From Stylophora pistillata (lineage: Eukaryota), in contig NW_019217914.1 of the NCBI RefSeq assembly GCF_002571385.2, positions 447,597-511,596 of the forward strand: a stretch of 64,000 nucleotides of DNA, read 5' to 3'. Shown here piece by piece: positions 25,105 through 37,100 of the stretch. The notes under the pieces are model-generated. The model searched no databases. It saw only the letters and a program-made list of their open reading frames with translations, and was not told where the DNA came from. Made by a program: the position numbers and the translations under genes. How positions within the stretch are numbered: position 1 is the first letter of the stretch; every line of letters starts with the position of its first letter.

Positions 25105-25200
25105 AAACTACTTATTTGACGTTATCAGTCATTTTCCCAAACTAGCTTCAATATGATTGGCTGACTGAAAGACATCTGAAAGTTGGTAGTTTCACCTAAG
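25105..25200 (-). promoter_or_regulatory. Promoter of gene A (CCAAT box and TATA-like caaataag)
   Basis: Conserved with 29247-29340. Confidence 0.55.
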
Positions 25201-27379
25201 AACAAAATCGACTGTTTTAAGAGCGAAATATGGTGAAAAGCCACTAAAAAAATCATTGGTGAATTTTCTTTTTAACTTGGGAAAAAAATCGGGGTAAGAA
25301 ATGAAAGTTTTTCTAATGGCACTTGTCATGATATAAGACTGTTCTCTTTTCAAGGTCTTTACCATTTCCCAAGCGCCGCCAACGCAATCCTTGAATCAAC
25401 ACACCCCGCGCTCTATTACGAGCTATTTTAAGAACACAAAGTATTTTTAGCCAAATGTTACTAAATTTAGAGCCAGTTTCGGAAAATCCTTATTGTGCGT
25501 TTTTTAACGTATTTTCTTTATTTATTCAATTTATCATGATTGGTTAGGAAATTTTTAGAACTCAACAAATGGAAATAATTTCTGTTATTTTGAGAAGACA
25601 TCTAATCAAATCAACATCACGTATACTTCTTTTGAAGGTTGTAGAACGATTGGAGATAATTTCCTGCTTTTACGAAGATCAAGAATAGGGATAATACGAA
25701 ATGTTAAATTTACTATGAATTGAACACTAATATCAATTTTTTTTCAAGGGAAAATTGCCTAGTGCGTTAACACTGTGCAGTTCAAAAATAAAAAATAAAA
25801 AAAAGAAAAAGACAAATGAAAAGATATAAATCAACTATTTGCATAAACCAGTTAGGAAAGTAGATCTACATATTTATAACACGATTTGCTTAATTGTGCG
25901 AGACACATACTAAACCGGCTACTTTTCATCTTTTTTGTTAAAGTTTGTTCCATTTTACTCCACTGGGGTGAAATAAGTAATCAGGTCAAATCATCGATGG
26001 CCGCTCAAACATTTTTTTAGAAAGCTTCAGTGTTTAAAGGCAGCAGTTTTTCTCCTTTAGTGCGACCTTGGCTTTGTTGAAAGTGCTTAGCTCCTTTCGA
26101 TAACTTTCAGATACGTGACGTTGCGTAGAAACAAAGGTAAACAGTTTGTTGCCCGCGAACGACTGGGGAAGACAGATGCAACTAGGCCTTACTTGGCTTT
26201 ATGAGTAGTTTGGTTAGTCACGAATGGCTGCTAGCTCAGTGATAAAGGTTTTACCACGTATTGGAGTAGACAACTTTCTCTCGTATCAGATACAATGAAA
26301 TATATGAAGATTATATATTTTGAACTGCGTATTAGANTTTTTTTTTCGATATTTGTTTAAGCATACTAATGGTAGGGTTCATAACATCATAATCAAACGG
26401 CATACGTGTTGTAGTCTTGTTTGTACATGTCATGATCACGGGGAGCTTTTTATTTCTACCGAGGTTTCAATTGCCAAGAAACAAGACTGTCTATTAGAAA
26501 GCCCAACTTTGCAATTTATAAGACATGTGGTCACAATTTAATACTTCTATTTGCCATTCGGTAAAATGCAAAGGTGATACATCGATCGGCTAAATATCGT
26601 CATGAATTTAATCACGGACATTTTCATTCTGTCTCGAAAATAATTTATGAAATTCATAGGTTAGTACCTCGACGGAAAATCGAAAAAAAAAAAAAAAAAG
26701 GCAAAATATTTATTCTTCGGTTCCACTTGATTAGAATTACTCTCTATGTTTATTTTGAGATGTGATGCAACGTTAAAAAGCGTCATATCGTGTTCTCATT
26801 GACAATCGAAATTGAAAACAAACAATGAACAACTTTTTGGAAAGCATATTCGCGGCGGGAGCGGGGGGTTGTCACCTACTCACAAGATAATGCGATTCAG
26901 TTTTCCTGTAGAGGTAAGAAAATTTGGCGATATTCTTCGGGCCATTTAACAAGAAGTTTGGGCATAATTACTGTAAGTCATAGATCGCACTTTCGTTTAA
27001 TTTTCACTCGATAATATCGATGCACCTGTCAGCCGTGCGTGTTTTTTGCTCACCACTGGAGGTTCAACTGACGTGAATACTTTTCCTGATATCATCCTCT
27101 CCACCTCGTCATGTTCATGAGGATTATTTTACAGACCCTGCACCGAAAACTATAGATTTTTAAACAATTATCATACCTTGGGGTCTTTACTAGTAAAACT
27201 AATCTATGAATTGAATACGTATTCGAATATTGTTTTCAGGATGCATCAGCAGTAGGAAAGATTTACTGTATGATTAAGTCTCCTCTCACGTTTGTCGATT
27301 TGTACGAGGAACGACAGTAAATCTTCTGTCAGATCAGATCTTCCGTAAAATATTTTACAAATCTAGATCAATTTATATA

Positions 27380-27401
27380 GGTAATCACATGATTTCGGGT
27401 A

Positions 27402-27434
<33 letters not shown>

Positions 27435-27832
27435 TCAAAGCCTAACAAAATTGCATGAGCCCGTAGGGCGAGTGCAATTTGTGGTCTTTGAAAAAATTTA
27501 CAGGTGCTTATTTACTCCAAATTGCACGAGAAAATCATGTGATTATCTATTAATAATATACATGAAAAAAATACGAGGTAGTTTCTCATAACTTCGCAGA
27601 AGAAAAGCGCGCGCATCACGTGCAAAAATAATTTATTCAAACCCTGCAAGTGACATTGACCTTGACATTGACCAATCATTCTGACCAATCAGAATGTCTG
27701 GTTTGTTTCTTTCTTTGCACTGAATTAACCCTCTTCTGCACTGAATTAACTCTCTTCTGCACTGAATTAACTGAAAACTGCATTAATCTTAACCAATCAG
27801 AACTGAGAAATTTTTTCATGTATATTATTAAC
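27380..27832. repeat. Dispersed repeat with an internal palindrome and 21-bp tandem units (tgcactgaattaaccctcttc, about 3 copies)
   Basis: taatcacatgattt...aaatcatgtgatta inverted arms; tandem units at 27716-27775. Confidence 0.6.
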
Positions 27833-27928
27833 AAGGTTATTCTCACTTAGCTTCAGAAATCCGAAGAGGTCCGAGTGTTCTGGGGTTTTTACACGTTTTT
27901 AAGCTATTTGATAATAATGAACTTCTTG

Positions 27929-29137
27929 TTATCCCAGCAAGGACAACTTTTCCACAGAGGACTTGTTCTTTCTCTCTTCTTGATTTTTTGGATGGTGTCG
28001 ATAGCGTTCAGACAGTGAATGTTCTTGGGAAATTCTCGTCTGTTCGTCATTAATAATTTTAATTCCCTGGAGCTCTGTAACGCAAGCTGTCATAATTTCA
28101 GACCATGGCGAATTCTTAAAAAAGTAAGCAGAGAAATTCGTCATTAAAAACTCAGAAGAATGGCCATCTAGGAGCTAAGCAACACGGTGTTCTTTTAAAG
28201 GAGTAGCAAAAGTCACTTTTGACTAAGTTCAGTCAGAAGAAAATGACTGAAATGTAGAGACATTCACATCAAAGGTAACCTTTCACCAATATCCAACCCG
28301 CTGACAGGGACCGCTTTCAGCCCCCTACGTTTTTGAAAAAGCTTGTCCTGTTTTAAGCATGCTCCACGCCCCTGCCTTATCGGCTGAAGCTTACGCGTTC
28401 GTCTTTAGCCCTCCTTCCCCTCTCCCACTAAAAATAAGTTTGCTGCGCAGGCCCTGGGACTATCCCACATTTGACAATTGAGATTAATATGGAAATCAAA
28501 AGTTTTGTAACTTTCATTTTACAGATATTATACATGCACAGAAACTGATCAAAAACGAAATGAAATTAAGTTATCTTTAAAGCAAACAAAACTCAATCCA
28601 AGGGACAAAAATCAGCAAAATTCGCTTGATCATCTCTCGCGATGGAGTTATCAACTACTTCCCCGCACAAAATTAATACATTAACCAACAAACAAGTGAT
28701 AAGAACACTGCCAGAAACGTATCAGTAAATAGACGTATTCTCGATGTAACACCTAATTCTCATAGCTATTATAAAAGGAAATGTCTGTCGGTTTCTAAAA
28801 GAGGGAATTATTGCACAGATTTTGGAAATTTCATGGACGCTTCACTAAAAGGACTTACTGAGAATGTGAACTTTCTCAGAAGAAAAAAAAAAACGGAACA
28901 GCTACGTTACTTTTAAAAGTTATCACTTACGTTCCCACTTTTTTCTTCATTCTCCACAGGAATCGGTTTTGAGCAACAAGCGCTTGTATTGAAACGTTTA
29001 TCCACAAACGTCCTAATACGCCTATGATGTCGCTGCTTTACCGCAACGATGGCCACAAACACTAAAATAGCGATCAAAGCTGGTGTTTCTAAAGAATCCA
29101 TGAAGTTTATCTCAAAGCTGATAGCGAAAGAAAACAT
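27929..29137 (-). CDS. Small single-pass membrane protein B, 130 aa, 2 exons (29137-28931, 28114-27929); paralog of A
   Basis: caaaATG; hydrophobic ALIAILVFVAIVAV followed by basic KQRHHRR; phase-0 intron AAC|gtaagt...cttttttaag|; exon 1 is 69 codons, as in gene A. Confidence 0.72.
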
Positions 29138-29246
29138 TTTGGTTGAAATTGTAAAAAGCGATACCAATCTTGGATTGTTTAGTGTTTCACGCCTTCTTGT
29201 TTTGAACCGGCTTGAAACGTCCCTTTGTCGCTACTCTGTCAAAGGG

Positions 29247-29340
29247 CTACTGCTTATTTGACCGTATCGTTTATTTTCTCGAAAATTCCGATAATACGAT
29301 TGGCTGATTTGAAGACATCTGGAAGATAGTTGTTTGCCAA
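29247..29340 (-). promoter_or_regulatory. Promoter of gene B (CCAAT box and TATA-like element)
   Basis: cttatttgac...gattggctga-ttgaagacatctg shared with the gene A upstream region. Confidence 0.55.
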
Positions 29341-32300
29341 GCAGGACAACTAATTAAGTATTGGCTGTGGAATGTTTTGTGAACGAAGCACGCCACTTAG
29401 GGTTTGCGACTTTTCACGTTACTTTTTAAACGTTTTTGTATTGAGTACTCTGTGTTAGCATTTGGTAAAAAAAAAAAAAAGATTAATACTACAGGCTCTG
29501 ATCTTGTTAGATTCCCTTCATTCACGCTTAATTTTCCAGCATTATCATCATCAGAACTGTTGACAACATCCCACGCATTTCATAAGCTAAGTTTAGAGCT
29601 GTCAAACCCGATATTTTTAGCACAAAGTTACCGAATTTAGAACAAAATTTGACAGTCCCTAGTCAGCGCTTTCTATTTTGGGCCCAACTGTTTCAGTCTA
29701 GGCTAAAAATTGGGGAAATATGTATTTAATAGGGCAGTTTCAGCTTTGAATTGCAAAGAACGAGTTATTTTAACACGACTTACGAAAATTCACTCCAGGT
29801 GTAACACAAAATGAACGAAAAAGAACAAAGCATGCATTCAGTTCACAGTGATGAATTAAACAATGTGTTTCGAGAGTAGAGGGAAGGAAGGCCGGCCAGG
29901 AAAAAAAAATTAACCCGAACGTGATGGGAAAAACAATAAGATGAATGGATCAGATTAAATAAGAACCACGTAATCGCTATTCCATTTAAAGAAAGTAAAC
30001 AAGAAAATAAAGCATGACACAGCCATGTTGAGGACGCGTGGTCGATGTCTATTCAAGCACATCCGATTTCCTACTTTAATCAACTAAAATTAAATACGTT
30101 ACTATAAAATGTAAGTATATTGAGGCTTATAAGTTTAGTAAGCGTGGTGTTTGGTAAGTTGCTTTGCCGCATTCACTTGCAAACATATCAACAGGGTAGA
30201 GTTTCGTCACCTAATGGAATGATACGTAAGGTGATGTTACATGTTAGTGAAAAAGCAATCACGCGTGAATCGCAAATAAACAGAAGTAAAGACAGACTAT
30301 TTGTACCTCGAATCACAATGAAGCAGGCAATGATCAAAAAAAAAACAAAACAAACAAAACAAAAAAACTCAGAGATCTAACAGGAATCGAGACCGAAAAT
30401 GTTAGTTTCTCGCTTTGACCAATTGACCTGTAACAGTTCAAAATGTTAATTCCATCGATTTTGAATATTGTTTCCACTTCACTGTCTTGCTTCTTATCAT
30501 TGGCACCTCAAAAGGAAAACAAGTATTACCCATTTCCTTATGATATAGGAATCATTCACGACACTTAACAAATCGCGGAAGAAAGTCAAATCCAATATTG
30601 CTAATTATCAAGATATTTTGCTCATAGAGACATCTATTTTTCTCTCAATAAAACAGTGCGCGCCGCAACACATCACTCGGCACTGCGGTAAAAGTAATCA
30701 CCCATAAAATTTTCACAATTTCATGGGATAACGAGTTTAAAGAAGACAAGAAGGTCTAATATAAATAACGACCCTTTGATTATGTACTGAACGCCTATTA
30801 CCTCTAGCCGTTCGGTAGTTTATTCGTCTAATACGCAATCTTTAGATCAAATTGAAAAAAAAAGCGCTGGCTTTTATCGATAACATTGACTGTGTATTTG
30901 TTATGGAGAAAGAGGCCGTGGTACTTAACCTTCTTTAGGTGACTGTGAGTAGAGGGTGGGTAGAGAGCATTAAGTGGACCCTAAAAGCATTCGTCGAAAG
31001 TCCACTTAGCCGTGTATTTTGAGAGAAGTACGATGGGGGGGAGGCCTGATTCAGCAATACGGTTGATTTGGTAGGGATCGATAATGACTGTAATAGGTTA
31101 CACTTCAAGTCATCACTGCCCTGTTGTCATTTACTAATAAATGTTTCTGAAAAAAACACTGAGTAAAAAATTTATGTTGATAAGTGCAAAACAATTACCT
31201 GCCCGTACTCGCACATGTACCAGCTATTAGCATTTTTTTATTTCATCCCATCTCCTCTCCCTCCCTCTTTTAACTCCCCTTTCCACTTATCGCTAATACT
31301 ACGAGTTTGATAATCTGGTGCTGTCGAAGAAAACTGTTTAAGAGTGCTTGTTTCGCAAGCTGAGTTTGTTTTGCTTTCTTAAACAGATTTACTGACTTCA
31401 GCCTGTTTATAAACAAATCGTGTAACGATTTATTCATTCATTTTGTTCATAACCTATATTTTAAGCCAATCAGAACAAAACGCAATTTATCTGCGCTTGG
31501 TTTAACCATTTGCGTAATCAAAACTTCAATGTCTTGGATTTAAAACCCACTCCACTATGAAAAATATATTACACTATCAAGATGTTTATACATGAATTAA
31601 AGAGTACACACAAACACAAACACAAAAATACTTCAATAGAACCAATACTCGGAAAAACAGACGAGTTGTTCGTGTTGAACGAAGAATTTTAGGGATCCTT
31701 ATCAGTCAGGATTAATTTAGTCCTCATATGTTGTGTTCCAGGTTTGTTCTGAAAGGAAAAAAAAAAAAGAAGTTCTTAAACATAACCTTTTATTCTTCTT
31801 ACAGATTTGTATCAATTAACGAAATTCAAGGTTAGCAATGATTTTAGAAGCTCGGTTTACACATCGGTTAGAGTAATCTGACAAAAGACTGAGGCTTACA
31901 GAATACAGGACGGTAATAAATATAGTTGATTAGGGAAAGGACACATTGGTTTTGTTGTTACTTATCAAAAAGGCTGCATTTTTCTAGAGTATTGTGTTAC
32001 ATAGCGTGACAGATGGAAGGACATTCTCAGTGGGATTCATGTTTTGCTTATTCACCTTGTTCTTTTTTTCTGTACATGCCACTTTTTCGATGAAAGTATT
32101 TCTCACCCTGACGGAAAGATATGAAACTCCTCTCAACGTGGACCACCGATAGCGGTCCTAGCTTTTAAATTTTTTTCTATCAGTTCGCCAGAAACGTTGC
32201 ATCATTGTCCTAGATGTGGAAATTATGAGACTGAAAATGCTATGCAAGGTAGCTCGGGGCGATGGTGACGTATTTTTGCGCCCATATAAAAAACCATGCA

Positions 32301-34150
32301 AACATCTAAGCCGCCAACAAAAGATTTTAAGTACCGTTGCATTATCAGATACCATTAGTGTTCACCACCGAACGATGGATGCTGTAACTTTCTGCCTAGC
32401 CGAGTCTTAAGACTTTGATAAAGTTGAGAAGCTTGGTGGAGAATCGTGCAAGGCGTCAATACCCTCCTGTTAGCATTCCACAAGTTGCTTAAGAGGTATC
32501 ACATGGCTTACAGCACTCGCTCAATTTTGCGACAAATCGATTGGTTCATCAGCATTCGCCACATCAGATAGCGTCACAAGACTTAACCGCGAACAGTGCG
32601 CATTCGTGTAGATTTTTCAAGATTGCATACGAAATTTGACAGAATACGCTGTAGAACATTGAAACGTTTCCCCAAGATGCAAAGGTTGTGTTTTTAGTTT
32701 TATGACGTAAAAGAACTGAACTATTCACAACTTGTAAAAGGGGTGCAGTATCACATCACGTTGATAGAATAGTCTTTTTTAATCCACTTAATCAATCGAA
32801 ACAAAATCATACTCAACTGAATAGGTCTCCATTATTATTCTTTCTAGTCTTGTGAAAGTAAGCTTTTCCCAAATGATAACTCGCTTGTTAATGGACTTCC
32901 CCAGGGGCCTATGCTATCTAATATTCGTCACTGGTTACGAGAAAGTACTGACTTTCTTTTCGAAAAATGCAGCAACTGTGTCTTTCCCAGCTAATTCAAT
33001 GTTGGAACGTTTTCTCTGAGATTCTCCTAGTTTAGACTTTTTGTGCGAATGACTCCACTTTATTGGAAGCACATCTTATCAAAATATTGAGAGGGGGTTT
33101 ACTTACTGAAGAGTGGGTCGTTTTGTTCGGATAACCCCACATAAATTGAAGCACATCTCATAAAAATATTAAGAGGGTTGGTGGGGGGTTTATGGAAGAG
33201 TAGCAAACTAATGACAAAGAGGGACTAATTAGTAGGGTAAATTTTTTTTAGTGGGGGGAAGGCTTATAAGAGGGAGAGGAATTCCTAAGGGAGGGTGGGA
33301 CTTGTCAGATGGGAAGTTTTTTTAAGGAAGGGGGCTTATCAAAACGTAAAATGCCACTCAGTATTTCACTTCTGAACTGTGATATTACTACAACCATTAC
33401 TACTAACTTACACTTTTCGTTTAAACTGTATTCAGTTCACTTACCAAAGGAAAACTCAGATGTGTTACGAGGATGTGCGTTCTTGTATTTCTCTAAAAGT
33501 TCATGCTTTAAAAGCCCATCGAGATCCGGGTTTTCCTGCATAAAATTCATTATTTCATAACTTCAGAACAATTCTTTTAAATTTTTGTTCACTGATAACT
33601 GAATTTATTGTATAGTTATCAATGAAAGACTGTTCCATGACATGATATTGTCACTGTATTTCGAGCAAATGAAATATTTTCTAAGATTGTCCATATCATT
33701 TTTAAATATGCTGTATAAAATAAGCAGAACATTACTTATCTGCCTGTTGATAAAAACGTTATCTACCGGCGGCGACGATGTTTAGGAGTTATTCACTTCA
33801 TTTTCTCGTGAGCGATAATATCAGTAAAAAGATAGAAATAGTACCCATTAGCGCAGCCATGCAATATCCCCTTTGTATTATGAAATGTTTCATTATCTTT
33901 ACTCATAGTCATTTGATAAGGGTCTGTCATTCCCGTAAGGAAACCAAGACTTCTAAATGAAGTCTCCCTCGCATGCATACGATTGATAAACGGAAGGAAC
34001 TTTAAAGCCTTTCCATACGCTTCTGTAGTATACGTATCCTTACCCAATTCTCTTACCTTGGTGCTCCTTTTAGGGATTTAAAAAATGAACTATAGACTAA
34101 CTCTTCACATCACACACAAGCTTACTTTGAGTTAAATAAATTTTACAAAC

Positions 34151-37100
34151 CTTATCCTGTTCTCTATCATTTTCTTTCATATATTTGGCATTTCCCGAAG
34201 CATGTGGGGGCTTCAGCGCTTTCTGAGCCTGATTCAACGCCTTCACATCTATCCCCACAAGAGGCTGGCGGATGACAGGCTCCAGGACTTGACGAGGCGG
34301 AATTTGACGCTCTTGACGAGGTGACTGAGAATGCATTGGGATCGAGGCTTGGGGTGCGGCAGATGATAGGCTCACCTTTTTACCAGTGAGTAGCTGTTTG
34401 TAAAACGTCTGAAAAACGGGGAAAAAAATCAGTCAAGTTATCAGTGAGTGCAACTGGTAAAAAGATAACGTTTAGTACTGTTTGAAATCTGCGGTAAGGC
34501 ATTTCTTTATAATATTGATAATTTTATGAAAGTCAGATCGGATTTTCTGATCGCTATGCAATCAGACAAATGGGTAAAGGAGATTACGTTAAGCATTCTT
34601 TGCATACAAGCTAGTTTAGTTTTATTTACTCTGGAAACGTTAAGGCCCATTCTTGAAACGAGTATCAATAGTGAAAAAGCAAAGTGAAATAAGATGAATG
34701 ACATCCTCACACCTTCAGCCCAAAATAATCAGTGGCGTCCCGCACAGTGATAGAAAATAAATGCCTTTGATTTTCTTGGAAGAAGTCTCCAAATTTTTTC
34801 AGAATCTTTGCTAGTTCGTGACAGGCTTGATTAAGACAAATCTTACCTTACTAAGAGCTCGCACCGAGCGGGGAGAGTTGACATCTGCCTTGGCGAACTC
34901 CATCAGGACATGAAACATTTTGTCTTCATCCTCAATTTCCACCGGGGGATCTGATGGTAAGACAGCAATACATCACTCGAATGATTTTGCGCTCTGTGCG
35001 ACTTTGTAATAGCCATGCTCTCTTTAATAGATTCACGCATGGCAGATGCTTGTTATTAAATTAAAAGTATCAAATTGGGGAACAATAACGTGTGAAACAG
35101 TTGGTGATTTTAAATAATTGAGCTGTTTTGCGATAAACCTGTCCCTTTTGGTGCCGAGCGCCATCAACTTAGCTTGACCATGTAAGAATACATTGTTAAA
35201 AGTTAGGCTTTATACACTTTTTGAGCGATGAGCTTGTATAATGCCAATAACCTGCTTGCATTCTACAACTAACACACTGGATACGTCTATTTTCTGCGAA
35301 ATAACTTGGATATATCAACAAAGTTGAAGCGGTAAATTGGCCACCGTAACGATTACAAAAGCTGACGTTTCGAGCGTTAGCCCTTCGTCAGAGCGAATAG
35401 AGGAATTATGGGTTGTGTCTGCTTTTAAAGGCAGAGAATGGAGCTACGTTATTGGTGGGAACATGGAAACGAGAAAAACAAGAATAAATTAGTGGAATGA
35501 AAAGCGTTCGTTGATCCCTGTGGGATTTAGACTGCCGGTTTGAAAGATGAACTTTTGTTCAAGATTTTTACGGCTTTCCGTGCTACCTAAGTGTAAGGAA
35601 AGACCGCAGATTGCCGATGTTGCTTAGAATGATTAGGTCAATTAAAATGTCTAGCGACTGGTTTCGACGGGTCCTTGTCATTCCTTTCCGGGTAACCACG
35701 TTTATCGAAAAACGAAAAAACGTGGTTACTCCGTTTCTGTCGTTCAAGCTGGTTACCACCGCGCCCAACTTATTGATTGACATTCAGCACTACAAACGTC
35801 GCATAAGGAAGATTCCGACCGCATTCCATTCACTCTCACGTTTCACCCTCACAACCACTCAGTTAAATCGATCATTCTTAAAAACTTTAAATTACTTCAA
35901 AACGATCCAGAGACAAGCACTATCTTTTCGCAGCCTCCGCTCATTTCATTCAAACGCGACAAAAACATAGGCAATTTTTTGGTCAGAAGTTCTTTTCAGA
36001 CTAATGACCAACCAGGCACTTTTAAATGCGCTCGTGCACGATGCAAAACGTGTCCTTTCATTCACAACACTGATAAAATATCGGGACCTAAACGATCCAT
36101 TAAGATCACCGATCACTTCACGTGCACCTCCGCCAATGTAATCTATTGCATAACTTGTACTTATTGCAAAAAGATATACATCGGCGAAACAGGCAGAAGA
36201 CTAGGTGACCGATTCCGAGAACACCTTCGAGACGTGGAAAGGAATGACAAGGACACGTCGAAACCAGTCGCTAGACATTCTAATTTACCTAATCATTCCA
36301 AACATATGGCAATCTGAGGTCTTTCCTTACACTTAGGTAGCACGGAAAGCCGTAAAAATCTTGAACTAAAGCTCATCTTTCAAACCGGCAGTCTAAATCC
36401 CACAGGGATCAACGAACGCTTTTCATTCCACTAATTTATTCTTGTTTTTCTCGTTGCCATGTTCCCACCAATAACGTAGCTCCATTTTCTGCCTTTAAAA
36501 GCACACACAACCCACATTTCCTCTATTCGCTCCGACGAAGGGCTAACGCTCGAAACGTCAGCTTTTGTAATCGTTACGGTGGCCAATTTACCACTTCAAC
36601 TTTGTTGATATATCCAAGTTATTTCGTTACTCCCACCGACGCAGCCCCAAACAGTTTCTTTCGAAACTATCAGCCTATTTTCTGCGAAAGACTGACTGAG
36701 TTTGCTGCTATACTCTATTGACAAACAATTTACCTTACTTCAACGCTGACACACTCACCATGTGATGGAGGATTTATGTAAGGGTGAGCCAACAACTGAG
36801 GGATGGTATAACGCTCCTTGGGATTCCGGAGAAGACAACCCTAAAAATACCAGGAAAGGCAAACAGTCACACAGGAGACGGCTGAACAGGTGTGATGTTT
36901 TTCTTTTTGGTTTTTGGGGCGAGCAGAAGCAAGTGCAAAGGGTGGAATCACACGCGAGAAGAGCACTCGCCTCGCGTTGCGTGTCATTCGCGCAGAGTTC
37001 TCACTTCTGCTCGTCGGAAAAACGCTAAAAAGTGGCCTTTCTTTAGACATCAATGGACGAGGGGAGTTCTTTCAGGTTTGTAAATAGACACGATCATTTT

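Noticed and set aside
31700-32700. Possible exons or a third small-protein paralog
   Set aside because: Splice-like signals exist, but I found no sustained frame or homology to genes A and B
33090-33345. G-quadruplex-like G tracts as a regulatory element
   Set aside because: Resembles the G-rich dispersed repeat at 22.9 and 42.2 kb; no specific support
33780-34050. SECIS element for the TTK TGA
   Set aside because: ATGA...AAA...GA strings are present, but I could not form the required stem by eye
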